Assembly: GCA_963826525.1 (NCBI GenBank)
Contig: CAWGXH010000004.1
Span: forward strand, 1,280,001-1,344,000
Length of the DNA: 64,000 nt
Origin: an uncultured Methanomicrobiaceae archaeon
Lineage (GTDB): Archaea > Halobacteriota > Methanomicrobia > Methanomicrobiales > Methanoculleaceae
Direction of reading: 5' to 3'
Part shown: positions 10,580-21,751 of the stretch, in pieces
How positions within the stretch are numbered: position 1 is the first letter of the stretch
How the letters are laid out: every line of letters begins with the position of its first letter
Position numbers and translations under genes: made by a program
The notes under the pieces: model-generated
What the model saw: only the letters and a program-made list of their open reading frames with translations
What the model was told of the DNA's origin: nothing
Database searches by the model: none

Positions 10580-13500
10580 ATGAGCACGAAACGTATAGAG
10601 AGAGTCATTCCTCTTCTCATGGCGGTGCTGATGATAACCACGGCGTTCATCCCCGCGGTGAGCGCTATGGCACCGCAGGCAACTGCATCGAGTATGGATG
10701 CCGGGGGGATACTCGGTGCCTGACATAACCCCTTCTGCCGCAGAGATGTCCGGAGCGGCATCCGGGACGGTATCGAACGGTCAAAGCGTTGCAAAAAATA
10801 AGAAGAACCAGTCGTCGTGGTCGGCAGAGAACTGGGCACAACCCATGTCTGGGACGAACGCCACCGGCTATGCCCCTTCGGGGATTGAGTCTGCCGCAGA
10901 ACCGGGTATAGATTCTCTAGGCGGCAGGAGTTGAACGCGTGGTCACCGGTTCCGGCAAGACCAAGATCAAGGTTCACGATCCGGAGACCAGAACCATCGG
11001 GATTCAGGACGAGAGCAGGTCTGGCGGCAACGGCGGCGACGATGAACTCGAGATCAGGCTGCTGAACGCCACCCCTGACCTCGGCACCTTCACGGAGATA
11101 TTCGAGGTAACCGCACACCGCATGATCGCACTCGACGAATCGGAAGACTTCCTGGCCACGAGAGCGCTCCATAACGGGAACGAGAACGTCACACGGGCTA
11201 CCAGTGGTTCGTCTGAGAGAACAGATCGCATACCGTCGAGATTCACATCATCGAATAACGAAATGTTACCCTGCGGCATACCGCTCTCCTGAGAATGAAC
11301 CCGAGGACGTCGATCCTGACGACACCTTCGGAGATATTACCCTCGCAGAGCGGCGACTCACAAGGCAAAGCCGGGCTGAAAGTACCTATGAAGAGATCTT
11401 AATGAAGGATAAAACTCTTGAGAGCGGTGTTCACGAGGAGATCGTCCCCGAGAGCGCTCCCCACCAGAACAGCACCCCGGAAAACAGCACTTCTGAGAAC
11501 GTTCCCATCGAAGACGTCATCCCTGACATCGATATCTCCGGAAACACCACTCCTGATGAGACAACTTCCAAAACCGTCACAATCAGAGAGCCCTATATCG
11601 CCGGCACCGAGACCAGGGAGGAATCCTGGCCGGAGTGGGTGGCGTTCGACCCGGCAGGGCGGACGGCTCAATGTCGGTGAGACCTATCAGTTCAAGGTAA
11701 TCTACAAAGAATACGCCGAGATAGGACAGTTCGATATCAAGACGGCGCCGGTCATCGAGGCGTCGCATGCCCGGAGATGACCTGGTGGACTACCGCCTGG
11801 GCATACTGGGTGCCGATCACGATCATCAGCCCGCCCTCAATCGATGGCTACTCGCACTGTGAGAACGTCTCATTCCGCGACGGGATGCAGAGCGACTTCG
11901 ATGACGTCCGGTTCGCAACCGACGACGGCACCGTCCTCGACTACTGGAAAGAGTCCTATACGGCATCCGGTTCGGCGGCCATCTGGGTCGGCCTTCCCGC
12001 CGGTACGACCTCGATCTGGATGTACTACGGGAACGCGAGCTGCCACCGATATCGGCGACATGAACAGTGTCTTCACCCTCTACGATGGCTTCGACGGGCC
12101 GTCTCTCGACACCACTCTGTGGCATGAATCGCCTTATCCTGGGGTGAATTACTTCTCCAAAGGCTGGATATACAATGCCCAGTCTCATAATGCACTACGA
12201 ACTAGAATACTCGGAATAGTGTGATTCACGAGCGGCGAACCGCTGATCGTGGCGATGCACATCCATGTCGATAGTCTGCCTCGGTCTCCCACCATCAGCT
12301 GTGGGTGTTTCCCCTATTCCTTGGCGGCATTTACAACGGCATGTCTTGGTGCTGGGAGGGGCCGTACAGACCGGCGTGTCCGCGTGAATGGTGTGTCATC
12401 ATGGCGACCGGGAACATCAGCGTGGTCTCGAGGTTGGGGGTGACTACTACAGCACTTGGATCATCACTCCCTCCACTCAAACTCACACTGTCAGCGGAAG
12501 CGCCACATACACCGATGTTTTCGCTGGCACTACCGGGATATCAAACCATCAAATGTTCCTCCTAGGCGGTGACAACTACATTCCCGGTCGAGTAATACGG
12601 ATGGACTGGGTCAGGGTCCGGAAATACGTCGAGACCGAACCGGTGTTCACGTATGGAACACCGCAGGAATCACCCGTCGTGACGACGATCTCTGTCACTC
12701 CGTCGGATGTGGATCTAGCGGTGGGCGAGACCTGTCAGTTCACTGCTACTGCTTATGACGATGCTGGTAACGTGGTGGACATCACCTTCACCTGGGAGAG
12801 CAGCAACGAGACGGTCGGCACCGTGACCGAAGACGGTGTCTTTTCAGCAAATTACGACGGGACAACCGAAATATCTGCATCTGCAGGTTCGATAACCGTA
12901 ACCGCGCAGGTGACCGTCATCCCTGTCAGTGACGTACGGATCGGCATGGAACTGCTCTGCCGACGGCTGGTATCAGGCTGGTCGTCTACCGCATCGTGGA
13001 CATGCCCTAACGGCGCCTGCGCCGAATATGGCCCCGTCATGGTCGACGGTCACGGAGAACACGGTGCGGACGTCCATCTCTCGGCGGGTGCGGTGATAGC
13101 AAGTGTCGAGCACAACTTTACTGATCCCTCCGGTGTCGGGTGGGACGGCTTGGCGCTCGTCGCGCGCGTGGGGGGAAGCAGCGTCCCCTCCGGGCGGTGG
13201 ATGACCATCGAGGTGAACGGCGAGCTTGTTTACTCGGAGTCCGGTTTCTCCAGCCTCCGATCCTGACAATGCGATCCCCAGGATGTTCCAGGCCGACTTC
13301 CCGCAATCCGACACCGTGCGGATAAGATATCTCCCATGGGCAGAACCCGATGTGGAGCACTCACGTCCCGATGGACTACTATTCGCTCGAATTGCATCCG
13401 TCTACTCCCCCCATCGCCATCACCTCTCCGCGTGACGATACGGTGCCGTCCGGCGAGAACGTCACCGTGGCCGGGAACGTCTCCGATACGAGCATTACCA

Positions 13501-16500
13501 ACCTCACGCTCACTCACAACGGCGTGAATTCGACCCTCACGGTGCAGAACGGGATACTTTTCGGCCAAGGTGACCCTTGCGGATGCGAATACGATCACGG
13601 TCAGCGGCACCGACTCGTGGGGCAACCCGATCTCGAAGACGCTCCTGCTGGACGGCGATATGCTGCCAGCCGACTTCGAAGAGTCGATCGGGTTCGATCC
13701 GCTCGACGCTGATTCCGACTGGACCCAGTGGTATGGAAACCAGGCAGACAACGGGATCATCGACGGTTACGAGCACTCCTTCAACGGGCTGCCGGTCTTT
13801 GTGAAGTACCGGATCGGCGCCGATCCGTTCGCGTTTGATAGTGACGGCGATTGGCTCCTCGACGACTTCGAGCTGATGCACCTCGCCCTCACCACCAGTG
13901 TCTGCTCGTCTGATTCCGATGGCAACGGTATACTGGATAGGGACGAGGACCCGGATGATGATGGTCTTTCGAATTATGAGGAACAGACCTACGGGACCGA
14001 ACCGCTGATGGCCGATACCGACGACGACGCTCTTCCCGACCGGGAGGAGATCTCGCTGGGAACCGATCCCTGCAACGCAGATACCGACGGCGACGGCATT
14101 CTCGACGGCTATGAGGTGACACTCGGAACCGGCCTTCTGAACAACGATACGGCCGTCCTCGGCACACTAGACGGTGAGGAGGATTACTGGAGCACCGGGC
14201 ATTATATCAACGAAACGCTGAACCTGACGGTCCACGGCCGGGGCTACGCGATCGCCAACGCCAGTGTTCCCAGGTTAACTTCACCAATCTTATGCGAGAG
14301 GATGTCCTCGTCAGCAAGGTCTACGATATCGGGTTCGGCGATGGTATCGACCACGGAACGGTAACGATCAAGTATAACAGCACGTTCGTTGAAGATAACG
14401 AAACCCTGTCGGTATACCGGTTCGACGAAGATTTCGGGACGTTTTTGCCGATCAATTCGACGGTCGACGAAACACAGGGGGTCGTGACCTGCGCCGTGAC
14501 CAACTCCTCGATGTACGCCGTGCTGGATTCGGTGAAGTGGGACTCCCTTTTCGTCAACTGGCCGGGCATGTCGTCCAGTGAGGTGTCGGCACTAGGTGAG
14601 GGATGGCAGGCTGTTGCAAACGGAGATTTCTCGGAGGGGCAGACCGGTTGGGTGCCGTCCGGTCAGTATTTCTACAATCAAGCGAACTATGGAATGATAG
14701 TTGAGCCCTATTATCACTCGGGGTACGAACCTTCTCCGCCATCTTTGAGAATTTCGATCTGGAATAAAAGGCCTGAGGATTTTACAGAATGCATAGTAAT
14801 GCACCCCAATGTTGATCTGACAGATGTCGATTCCCTTACATTCAGACTACAGGTGCATTGAAAGCCATCAGAGTGGGGGCATCGCCTCGTCCGGGTTACG
14901 ATACTGGATCGATGGGGTATCCACTGCGGGATCGCCGAGTTTCAGGGATGACGGTAGTGGCCTGGTCTGGGTGGATAAGGAATGGCAGACGGCAACTATC
15001 GATGTGAGTGACGTCAAGGGTGTAAGATCTCTATATTTCAAAGTCTCGATGAACAGGGACATGGGAATAATCGAGTATAACGAAGCAGACCTGACATATC
15101 TCATTGACGATGTTACTGCCTGGTCGAAGACGGAGCCACACAGCCCGATACCGCCATCGTGCGGCTCCATGTCGAAGATATCGCAGTCGCATGCAGGCGT
15201 GCCCAACGCAAAAATCACCCTTTCCGATAGTGGGAAATATGTGTATACCGATGCATACGGAAATGCCTATGATTTTCTCTTTAAAGGCCCTTTAGTGACT
15301 CTATCTCCTACCGTATCGAAGCGGAAGGCTACAACAATCATGACGGATACATACGAATCGATCCCGATGATTTCGGCACAAACCGTACCGATAAAGCAGT
15401 CATCAACGATGGTCTCACGGGTTCGATCGAGGTAACCTACACTCAATCGCAGGTATTCATCTACGTTGACGATATGTACTATCAGGGCCACTGGAAACAC
15501 TGCTTATATTTTCGATCTCTGTGCAGAACCAGGATACAAATTCGCATATCGTTAGATTTGAAAAGGTGAGTTGGAGTCCCCAAAAACAGATGTTTGGTAC
15601 CTGCCGGTGGTCAGCCGCACGTTTCCTTTAACCTGATGGATGCAACGGGGGCAATCGAGGTCACCTCCACGCCGCCGGGTGCCGCCGTGTACCTCGATCA
15701 GGTGTATAGAAACACCACGTCAGAGGGTTCCGGACTCCTCACGATATCGAATGTCAACTCCGGCCAGCACCGGATCGACGTTCAAAAGGACGGCTATGCT
15801 CCGTTCTGGACGACGGTAACGGTGGCCGATGGTCAGACTGCTCAGGTGGAGGCGGACCTCGACAACACGACGAAGAGGAGGACGGCATACTGGATTACTA
15901 CGAGAGGAACGGGTTCGTCGACGGCTTCGGCAATCGGCACGTAACCAATCCCGACTCGGTCGACACCGACGGCGACGGGCTCTCGGACGGATACGAGGTG
16001 ACGGAACTCGTCCATCTGGGTGGGAATCTCTTCTTCTTCAAGTCCAGGAGCGACCTGACGAAAGTAGACAGCGATGACGATGGGATTAATGATCCCGACG
16101 AGCCCGAGTTCTTGACGCAGCCGATGAGACGCGATACCGATTCGGATAGGATCCTCGATAGGTGCGAGCTCCTGCTCGGGACCGATCCGATCAACCGTGA
16201 CACGGACTATGACGGGAATGATGACTATCTCGAGTTACAGTTTGACTATCCCTACGGTCCGCTGGTTCATGCCGACAGGAGTTACATTGAAAACGCCATT
16301 GCTCTTGCCGACGGTTTTGCCTCCGGCGAGAGGGGCGCAGACCGTTGCGACAACCTGTACGACCTTGCCGGGTGGATGTTAAGTGGTGTTGTCCTTGCAG
16401 GAGATATCCGTGATATAGGCGGGTCGATAGTGCGCGGCGACGGGATGGGAACGCTGGCGAATGCCTTTGCTCAGATCCCGGCAATAGGAGATGCTGAAAG

Positions 16501-17345
16501 GGCGGTTATATAAGGAGCCAAATATTTGAAACGATCACGAGAAGAATCGAGGTAGCGCAACGTTTGTTCCGAGGTATATCGCCTCGTCCATCGATTCGGT
16601 TAAGAAGATCATCGGTTAATACGTCATCGACGGGTTGAGGGCAAAAGGGTTTAAGGATGATGCAAGCGTACGCTTACTAAACAGGGGATCAAATCTAAAT
16701 TGCTCGACGAAGCGCTGGACAATGCCGTCGTCAACGGCCAGAGCATCTACGTGCGGTACCCGGGTCTCAAGAATTTCTTTAGCGATAAGAATGACCCTGG
16801 AGGGCTCTGGTCTTCAAGGAACAGGGGACGTTCAACACACTGAATATCGTTCGCGCCGGAAACTGGACAGTCGGTCCTTCGGTATACGAACAATCTCCAG
16901 GGAGCCTATTCCGAGTTCTGCGCGAAAGGCTGGACATCGGCGGCGATGCGGGTACGCGACCTGAGCGACATCAACACGGGCGGCGTCGACTACGCCGCGC
17001 TGGTGGATGGCGGAAACACCCTGAAGATCGTGGAGGTCAAAGCTCGGCAGAGACTGGAGCGAGCGGATCTTAGGAATTACATAAAATTCGATCGAACAGT
17101 ACAATCCCGAGTCTTTCAACGTGGACTACGTGATTCTGAGCCTCGGAGAGGACTTCTTCAAGGAGCAGTCGACCGTCAGCAAGGAATTCGTGCTGTATAT
17201 CAACAGCCCCGAGAGCACGGCGATCAGGAGTCACCTGAACTTTGATCCCGACCTGTGTTTATGGTATGAATTTACAGGTAAGGACGGTACAAAACATTCG
17301 GGAACCGTAAAAATTACGGTGACGGCGGTGAAAAAACAGGTGAAG
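10580..17345 (+). CDS. Giant secreted multidomain protein, candidate polymorphic toxin (about 2200 aa if repaired; many frameshifts)
   Basis: RBS gaaggtga + ATG 10580; signal MSTKRIERVIPLLMAVLMITTAFIPAVSA; DUF2341-like DFDDVRF...LDYW...WMYYGN (11780-12130); Big_2 Ig (12670-12930); DxDxDG Ca repeats (13650-14190, 15860-16230); PEGA (15640-15860); pre-toxin-TG-like (16360-16500); GVD...IVEVK nuclease (16870-17340). Confidence 0.72.
13650..14190 (+). repeat. Asp-rich Dx[D/N]xDG calcium-binding repeats (TSP3-like), first block
   Basis: DSDGDWLLD, DSDGNGILD, DPDDDGLSN, DTDDDALPD, DTDGDGILDG with GTDP spacers. Confidence 0.8.
15860..16230 (+). repeat. Asp-rich DxDxDG calcium-binding repeats, second block
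   Basis: DTDGDGLSDGYE, DSDDDGIND, DTDSDRILD and DTDYDGNDD across shifted frames. Confidence 0.75.
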
Positions 17346-17348
17346 AGC

Positions 17349-18539
17349 ATGGCGGGTAATGCATTTCAAAAGTATTTATTTGAGGAGCGGGAACGATGCG
17401 AGTCGCTCCTGAAGGGATTGGGAGCGGTACGATAGGTTGCCGGAAAAACTCGACTCAGAGCCGATCATATGCTATGAGAAACTCGGATCCATCTATCTGT
17501 ATTCCGGAGAGACCGACCTTGCCGGAAGGATGTTCTCCAACCTCTCCCTTTTCGGCACGGCCATCAGAAAATCCCGGTTCGACATCAAAGGGTTCAAAGA
17601 AGAAGATAAAGCCAAACCGGATCTTCTCGTGATGATAGCAAAGGGAGATATAGAGAATGCGATTTATCTCCTTCTTGCAGGGAAGAACCCGGATCAGGTT
17701 CATCGACTCGTTACGTGGGCGGCGGAGAACACCGATCTTCCACCCGACTACGTCAGGGGGCGACTGGGGGTTCAGGACTATAGCGAAGTCGCCGTCGGGT
17801 ACCTCTGGCACGGCTACGCCCTGATCTGCCTCGGGCGGTACGGGGAGGCGCTTCCGCTGCTCACGGGAGGTGACCCCGCTCTTCGTCCAGGAGCGGAAGA
17901 GCGGCGTCGAGGTCTGGCAGAAGGTCGAGTATGCCCTCCCGAAGGCGCTCGTACCCCTCTGCGAGTTCGAGCTCGATCCCACCGCCGACCGCCTGAAAGC
18001 GGCGCAGGAGGGGATCGAGACCTACCTCAAAAGCCTGAAGATGTACCGCGATCGTCTCAGCGGCCTCCTCTACTATTTCCACCTCAAGAAGCAGTTCGCC
18101 GACGTCTACGAAGCCGATCCGGCATCGTTCGTCCCACCATCCGCAAACGGTAGCGGAAAAGCCGGCTATGGCCTCGCAACCGGTCACCGGCCGGGAGAAG
18201 GACCCCGAAGGTATGATCGTCATGGGACTGACCCAGTTGGATCCGCCGAAGGTCTGGACGCTGGGATCGTTTGGGTGCTACGCGGATTTCGAGGCGTTCA
18301 CTGCGTACGTCCGCTCTCTCGGCGGGTATCCTGCGCTCGCGGCACTGATGGACACCTATACCCTCGAAGAGCAGCAGGAGGCCGCGCCGTTTATCGAGGA
18401 GTGCGAACGGCTTCTCCAGCTCCGGGATCTCGATCCGAGGGTTCGTGCCGTTGCGGAGGAGATCCTTTCGGCTCTGCAGACCGCGGTGCAGGAAGGTGCA
18501 ATACCGGACGATCTGGTGGTGGAGATCTACCAGGGGTAA
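17349..18539 (+). CDS. Candidate immunity protein (alpha-helical, TPR-like); frameshifts near 17430, 17866 and 18165
   Basis: RBS aggtga + ATG 17349 directly after the nuclease tip; WHGYALICLGRYGEALPLL TPR-like helix; no signal peptide. Confidence 0.55.
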
Positions 18540-18687
18540 GGGCTGCTGTGAGGGATCGGTTCCAATCCCTTCAGGGCACGGTGCTATCCTGAATTACCTA
18601 TCGGCCGGATGCACCCACTTTTTCTGAGAGACGCCGACGGCAATCCCGATAGCAAAAAGCGGTGCGCCCCGGCTGGCCCCGCCCCCC

Positions 18688-20146
18688 TCAGTCGAACCGC
18701 TTGAATATCCCGAGGAAGAGCATGATCACCGGGATGATCTCAAGACGCCCGATCCACATGATCATGATGAAGAGCACCTTTGCCGAGGCGGACATATCGG
18801 GGGAGACGAACCCGGTGCTGATCCCGTTGTTGCACATCGCCGACACGACCTCGAAGATGACATTGCTCGACTCGAACCCGGTCGGCTGCAGGTGCATCGC
18901 GAGGACGGTGGCGATGAAGATGATCAGGAAATAGAGCATGATCACCAGCATGTTCCGGGAGACCTCGAGGTCGGCGATATTCTTCGGGATGACCTTCCCC
19001 TCGTACTTGAACGGAACGAGCACCTTCCCCGAGACGAGCATCCTCCGGAACCACCACAAAAGACTCTGTGTACCGAGGACGACGCGGGAGAGCTTGATAC
19101 CTCCGGCAGTGCTCCCGGACGCTCCACCGATCACCATCAGCATCGAGAGGAAGAGCACCGTGACGCTCGCCCATTCGTTCGGCGAGCTCGATCTGAAAGC
19201 CGGTGCTGGTGGCGGCCGCGATCGACATGAAGAGCGCCTGCCGGATCGCCGTCGGCGTATCGGCGAAGGAGAGGGTGACGAGGTCCCAGGCGATGACCAC
19301 GATACCGACCGCGATGAGGATGAAGAGCAGCCGTGCCTGTGAATCGCCGAAGAACTTCACTCCTTTCTTGTTGTACATGTAGTAGTACAGTTTGAACGGC
19401 AGGGCGCCGGCGATCATGACGGGTATGATGAGGATCTCAAGAAGCGGGTTGTCGTAGTAGGGAATTCCTGCCGCATGGACGGAGAACCCGCCGGTGGAGA
19501 TCCCGACGAGTGCGATATTGATTGCGTCCCAGACCGGTATCCCGGAGAGGAGGATCATCCCGACCGAGGCGGCCGTCAGGACGAGATAGATCTTCCACAT
19601 CTCAAGCCCTGTTGCCACCACGCTCGGCATCAGCGCCTCGCTCCGCCCCTCCGACCGGTAGAGCCGGAACTGCGTCAGGCCCGTCCTGCTCGCCATGGCG
19701 ATGGTGAATGCGACGATCCCGATACCGCCGAGCCACTGCATGAGCGACCGCCAGAAGAGCAGCGTCTTTGGTAGTGTGTCGATATCGGGGGCAAGCGTCA
19801 GGCCGGTATCCGTCCACCCCGACATCGCTTCAAAGACGCTGTCGAGGTAGGGCATCCCTATCCCGAGCGTGAACGGGAGCGCCCCCACGATAGCACAGAT
19901 CAGCCAGATGATGGCGACCGCCATGAGGGCTGCGGAGAGAGGCGGTTCCCGCTCCCGGTGCGGAACCCGCGTGAGCAGCGTGCCGAGGAGAAAGAGGGTG
20001 ATCGGAACCGATGCCATCGGGAGCAGCATATTCCACTCCTGGTAGATCAGCGTGATAAGGAGCGGCACCGCTGTACCGATGCTGATAAATCTGAAGATAT
20101 TGCCGATATCGGGTGCGATGATGGAGAACTGCTCGACCCTGTCCAT
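18688..20146 (-). CDS. trkH: TrkH-family potassium uptake protein, frameshift near 19190
   Basis: FEAMSGWTDTG, WRSLMQWLGGIG, ISTGGF, GGASGSTAGGIK and MWIGRLEI. Confidence 0.92.
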
Positions 20147-20268
20147 CGATAAAACAACGCTCTATCGCGTATTATCTCTTTTCTTGTAAGACCTTTGAAA
20201 TCGGGCGGGAAATGGCGGGGAGAGGGGATACTTACCCGCTGTTCCGCAGACTCGCGAAGCCCCGCGGT

Positions 20269-21240
20269 TCAGGTGCGATCGGGCGTTGCCTCGATGAAGA
20301 TTCTGCGATTGATGATCTGCCAGGCGAGGATGAGCTGGACCACCTCACCCGCCGTCAGGTAGGAATCGTCGACGGCGAACTTAATGGGGTGAATCTCGGT
20401 CTGATCCTCGATGTTCTCCTCAAGTTTCCCGATGACATCGGCGTTTACCTCTCCGTCGAGGGTGAGCGCCCCCATAGGCCGGCCGTAGATATCGTCGACG
20501 GAGTATTCGAGGAGGAAGTTCCTCTCCGAGAGCGAGAGGAGCGAGAAGAGATCAATCGAGAGATCGATCTCCCTGATGCTCCGATCAAGCCTGCTCTGGC
20601 AGAGTGAAACCTGGTAGACGTTCCGCTCTTCGCTCACCGCCCGTCCGTACTTCGAGTATGAGATCCTGATGATCGCATCGGCAAACCCGCACTGCGGGGC
20701 AACATACCGCTCGTAATCGGGTTTGCGCCGGATCATCTCCTGAACGACTGCCTCCGGCCGGTAACCCCGCCGATCGACATCGCGTTGTATCTTCCAGGCA
20801 CGTTTGACCTCGGGGTCGGGATCGACGTAGAGTTTGAAGTCGATGAGCTCCCGGAGGCGGGGCGTGAAGAAGGGATGCAGTCCTTCGAGGATGACGATCT
20901 TGCTCGGCGAGAAGGGAACGGGGTCTTCGAAGGTGCCTTTGTCGTGATTGTACACCGGCTTTTCGATGGTTTCTCCTGCTTTCAGTGCCGCTACGTGCTC
21001 TTCAAGGAGTTTGAATCTGTTCGCTTCCGGGACGAGTGGCGTGATCCCGAGTTCTGCCCGTTCCTGCCGGTCGAGCGAGTGGTAGTCGTCGAGCGTGATG
21101 GTGGATACGAGATCCTCGCCGAATATCTGCCGTATCGTCCGGGTGAAGGTCGTTTTTCCGGAACCGCTGTCTCCTGCGACCCCGATGATATAGATATATG
21201 GAGACTCTGCGATGATATCCCTGAAGTTCGCGGGCTGCAT
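20269..21240 (-). CDS. prk: Archaeal phosphoribulokinase (PRK/uridine kinase family)
   Basis: IGVAGDSGSGKTTF, LDDYHSLDR, KPVYNH, LEGLHP, WKIQRDVDRRGY and YVAPQ. Confidence 0.8.
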   Translation of the reverse strand: MQPANFRDIIAESPYIYIIGVAGDSGSGKTTFTRTIRQIFGEDLVSTITLDDYHSLDRQERAELGITPLVPEANRFKLLEEHVAALKAGETIEKPVYNHDKGTFEDPVPFSPSKIVILEGLHPFFTPRLRELIDFKLYVDPDPEVKRAWKIQRDVDRRGYRPEAVVQEMIRRKPDYERYVAPQCGFADAIIRISYSKYGRAVSEERNVYQVSLCQSRLDRSIREIDLSIDLFSLLSLSERNFLLEYSVDDIYGRPMGALTLDGEVNADVIGKLEENIEDQTEIHPIKFAVDDSYLTAGEVVQLILAWQIINRRIFIEATPDRT

Positions 21241-21349
21241 GGTTGGTGATCGGGTGGACGGTAGTGCATCGTTAAGATTTCGGTAGCGGGAGCACTGAAG
21301 CGCCCTGTGCAGAAAAAAAGTGGTGTGATAATCGATCCGATCTTCGGTG

Positions 21350-21751
21350 TTACTGCTTGTTCGTCCAGAGCTGGTGAATATTGCAGTAGATCCGCGCTTT
21401 TACGTTCGTATCGTCGATCCAGGGAAATGTCGCCTCGGGAGGCCCTGTCGGGTCGAGTTTCTGGATAAAGAGGTATGGGCCTTTCCTGACCTCGACCCAC
21501 TCGATGTGGTGTTCGGGTATCATGGGATGGGGCGTCGAGCCGATCTTCACCCGGATGCCCTGGTCGGCCTTCTCGATCACCGGCACGTGCTTCTCCGTAA
21601 GCCCTTCCTCACGCATCTTCTCCGGGAGGTGCTGCCACTCGCAGGTTGTCTCGCCGGTGCAGATCGTATCCTCGGGGCTGTTTCCGGAATGCGATACCTT
21701 CACCACGTCTCCCGTGGACGGGCACTTGTATAACTCCAGCAATCTGCTCAT
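21350..21751 (-). CDS. Superoxide reductase / desulfoferrodoxin
   Basis: EKHVP, HPMIPEHHIEWVE and YCNIHQLW catalytic-site motifs. Confidence 0.9.
   Translation of the reverse strand: MSRLLELYKCPSTGDVVKVSHSGNSPEDTICTGETTCEWQHLPEKMREEGLTEKHVPVIEKADQGIRVKIGSTPHPMIPEHHIEWVEVRKGPYLFIQKLDPTGPPEATFPWIDDTNVKARIYCNIHQLWTNKQ

Noticed and set aside
18550-18575. ggttccaatccc as a tRNA T-arm or att-site remnant at the end of the toxin locus
   Set aside because: No cloverleaf, no integrase and no matching direct repeat seen; more likely a simple hairpin (agggat/atccct).
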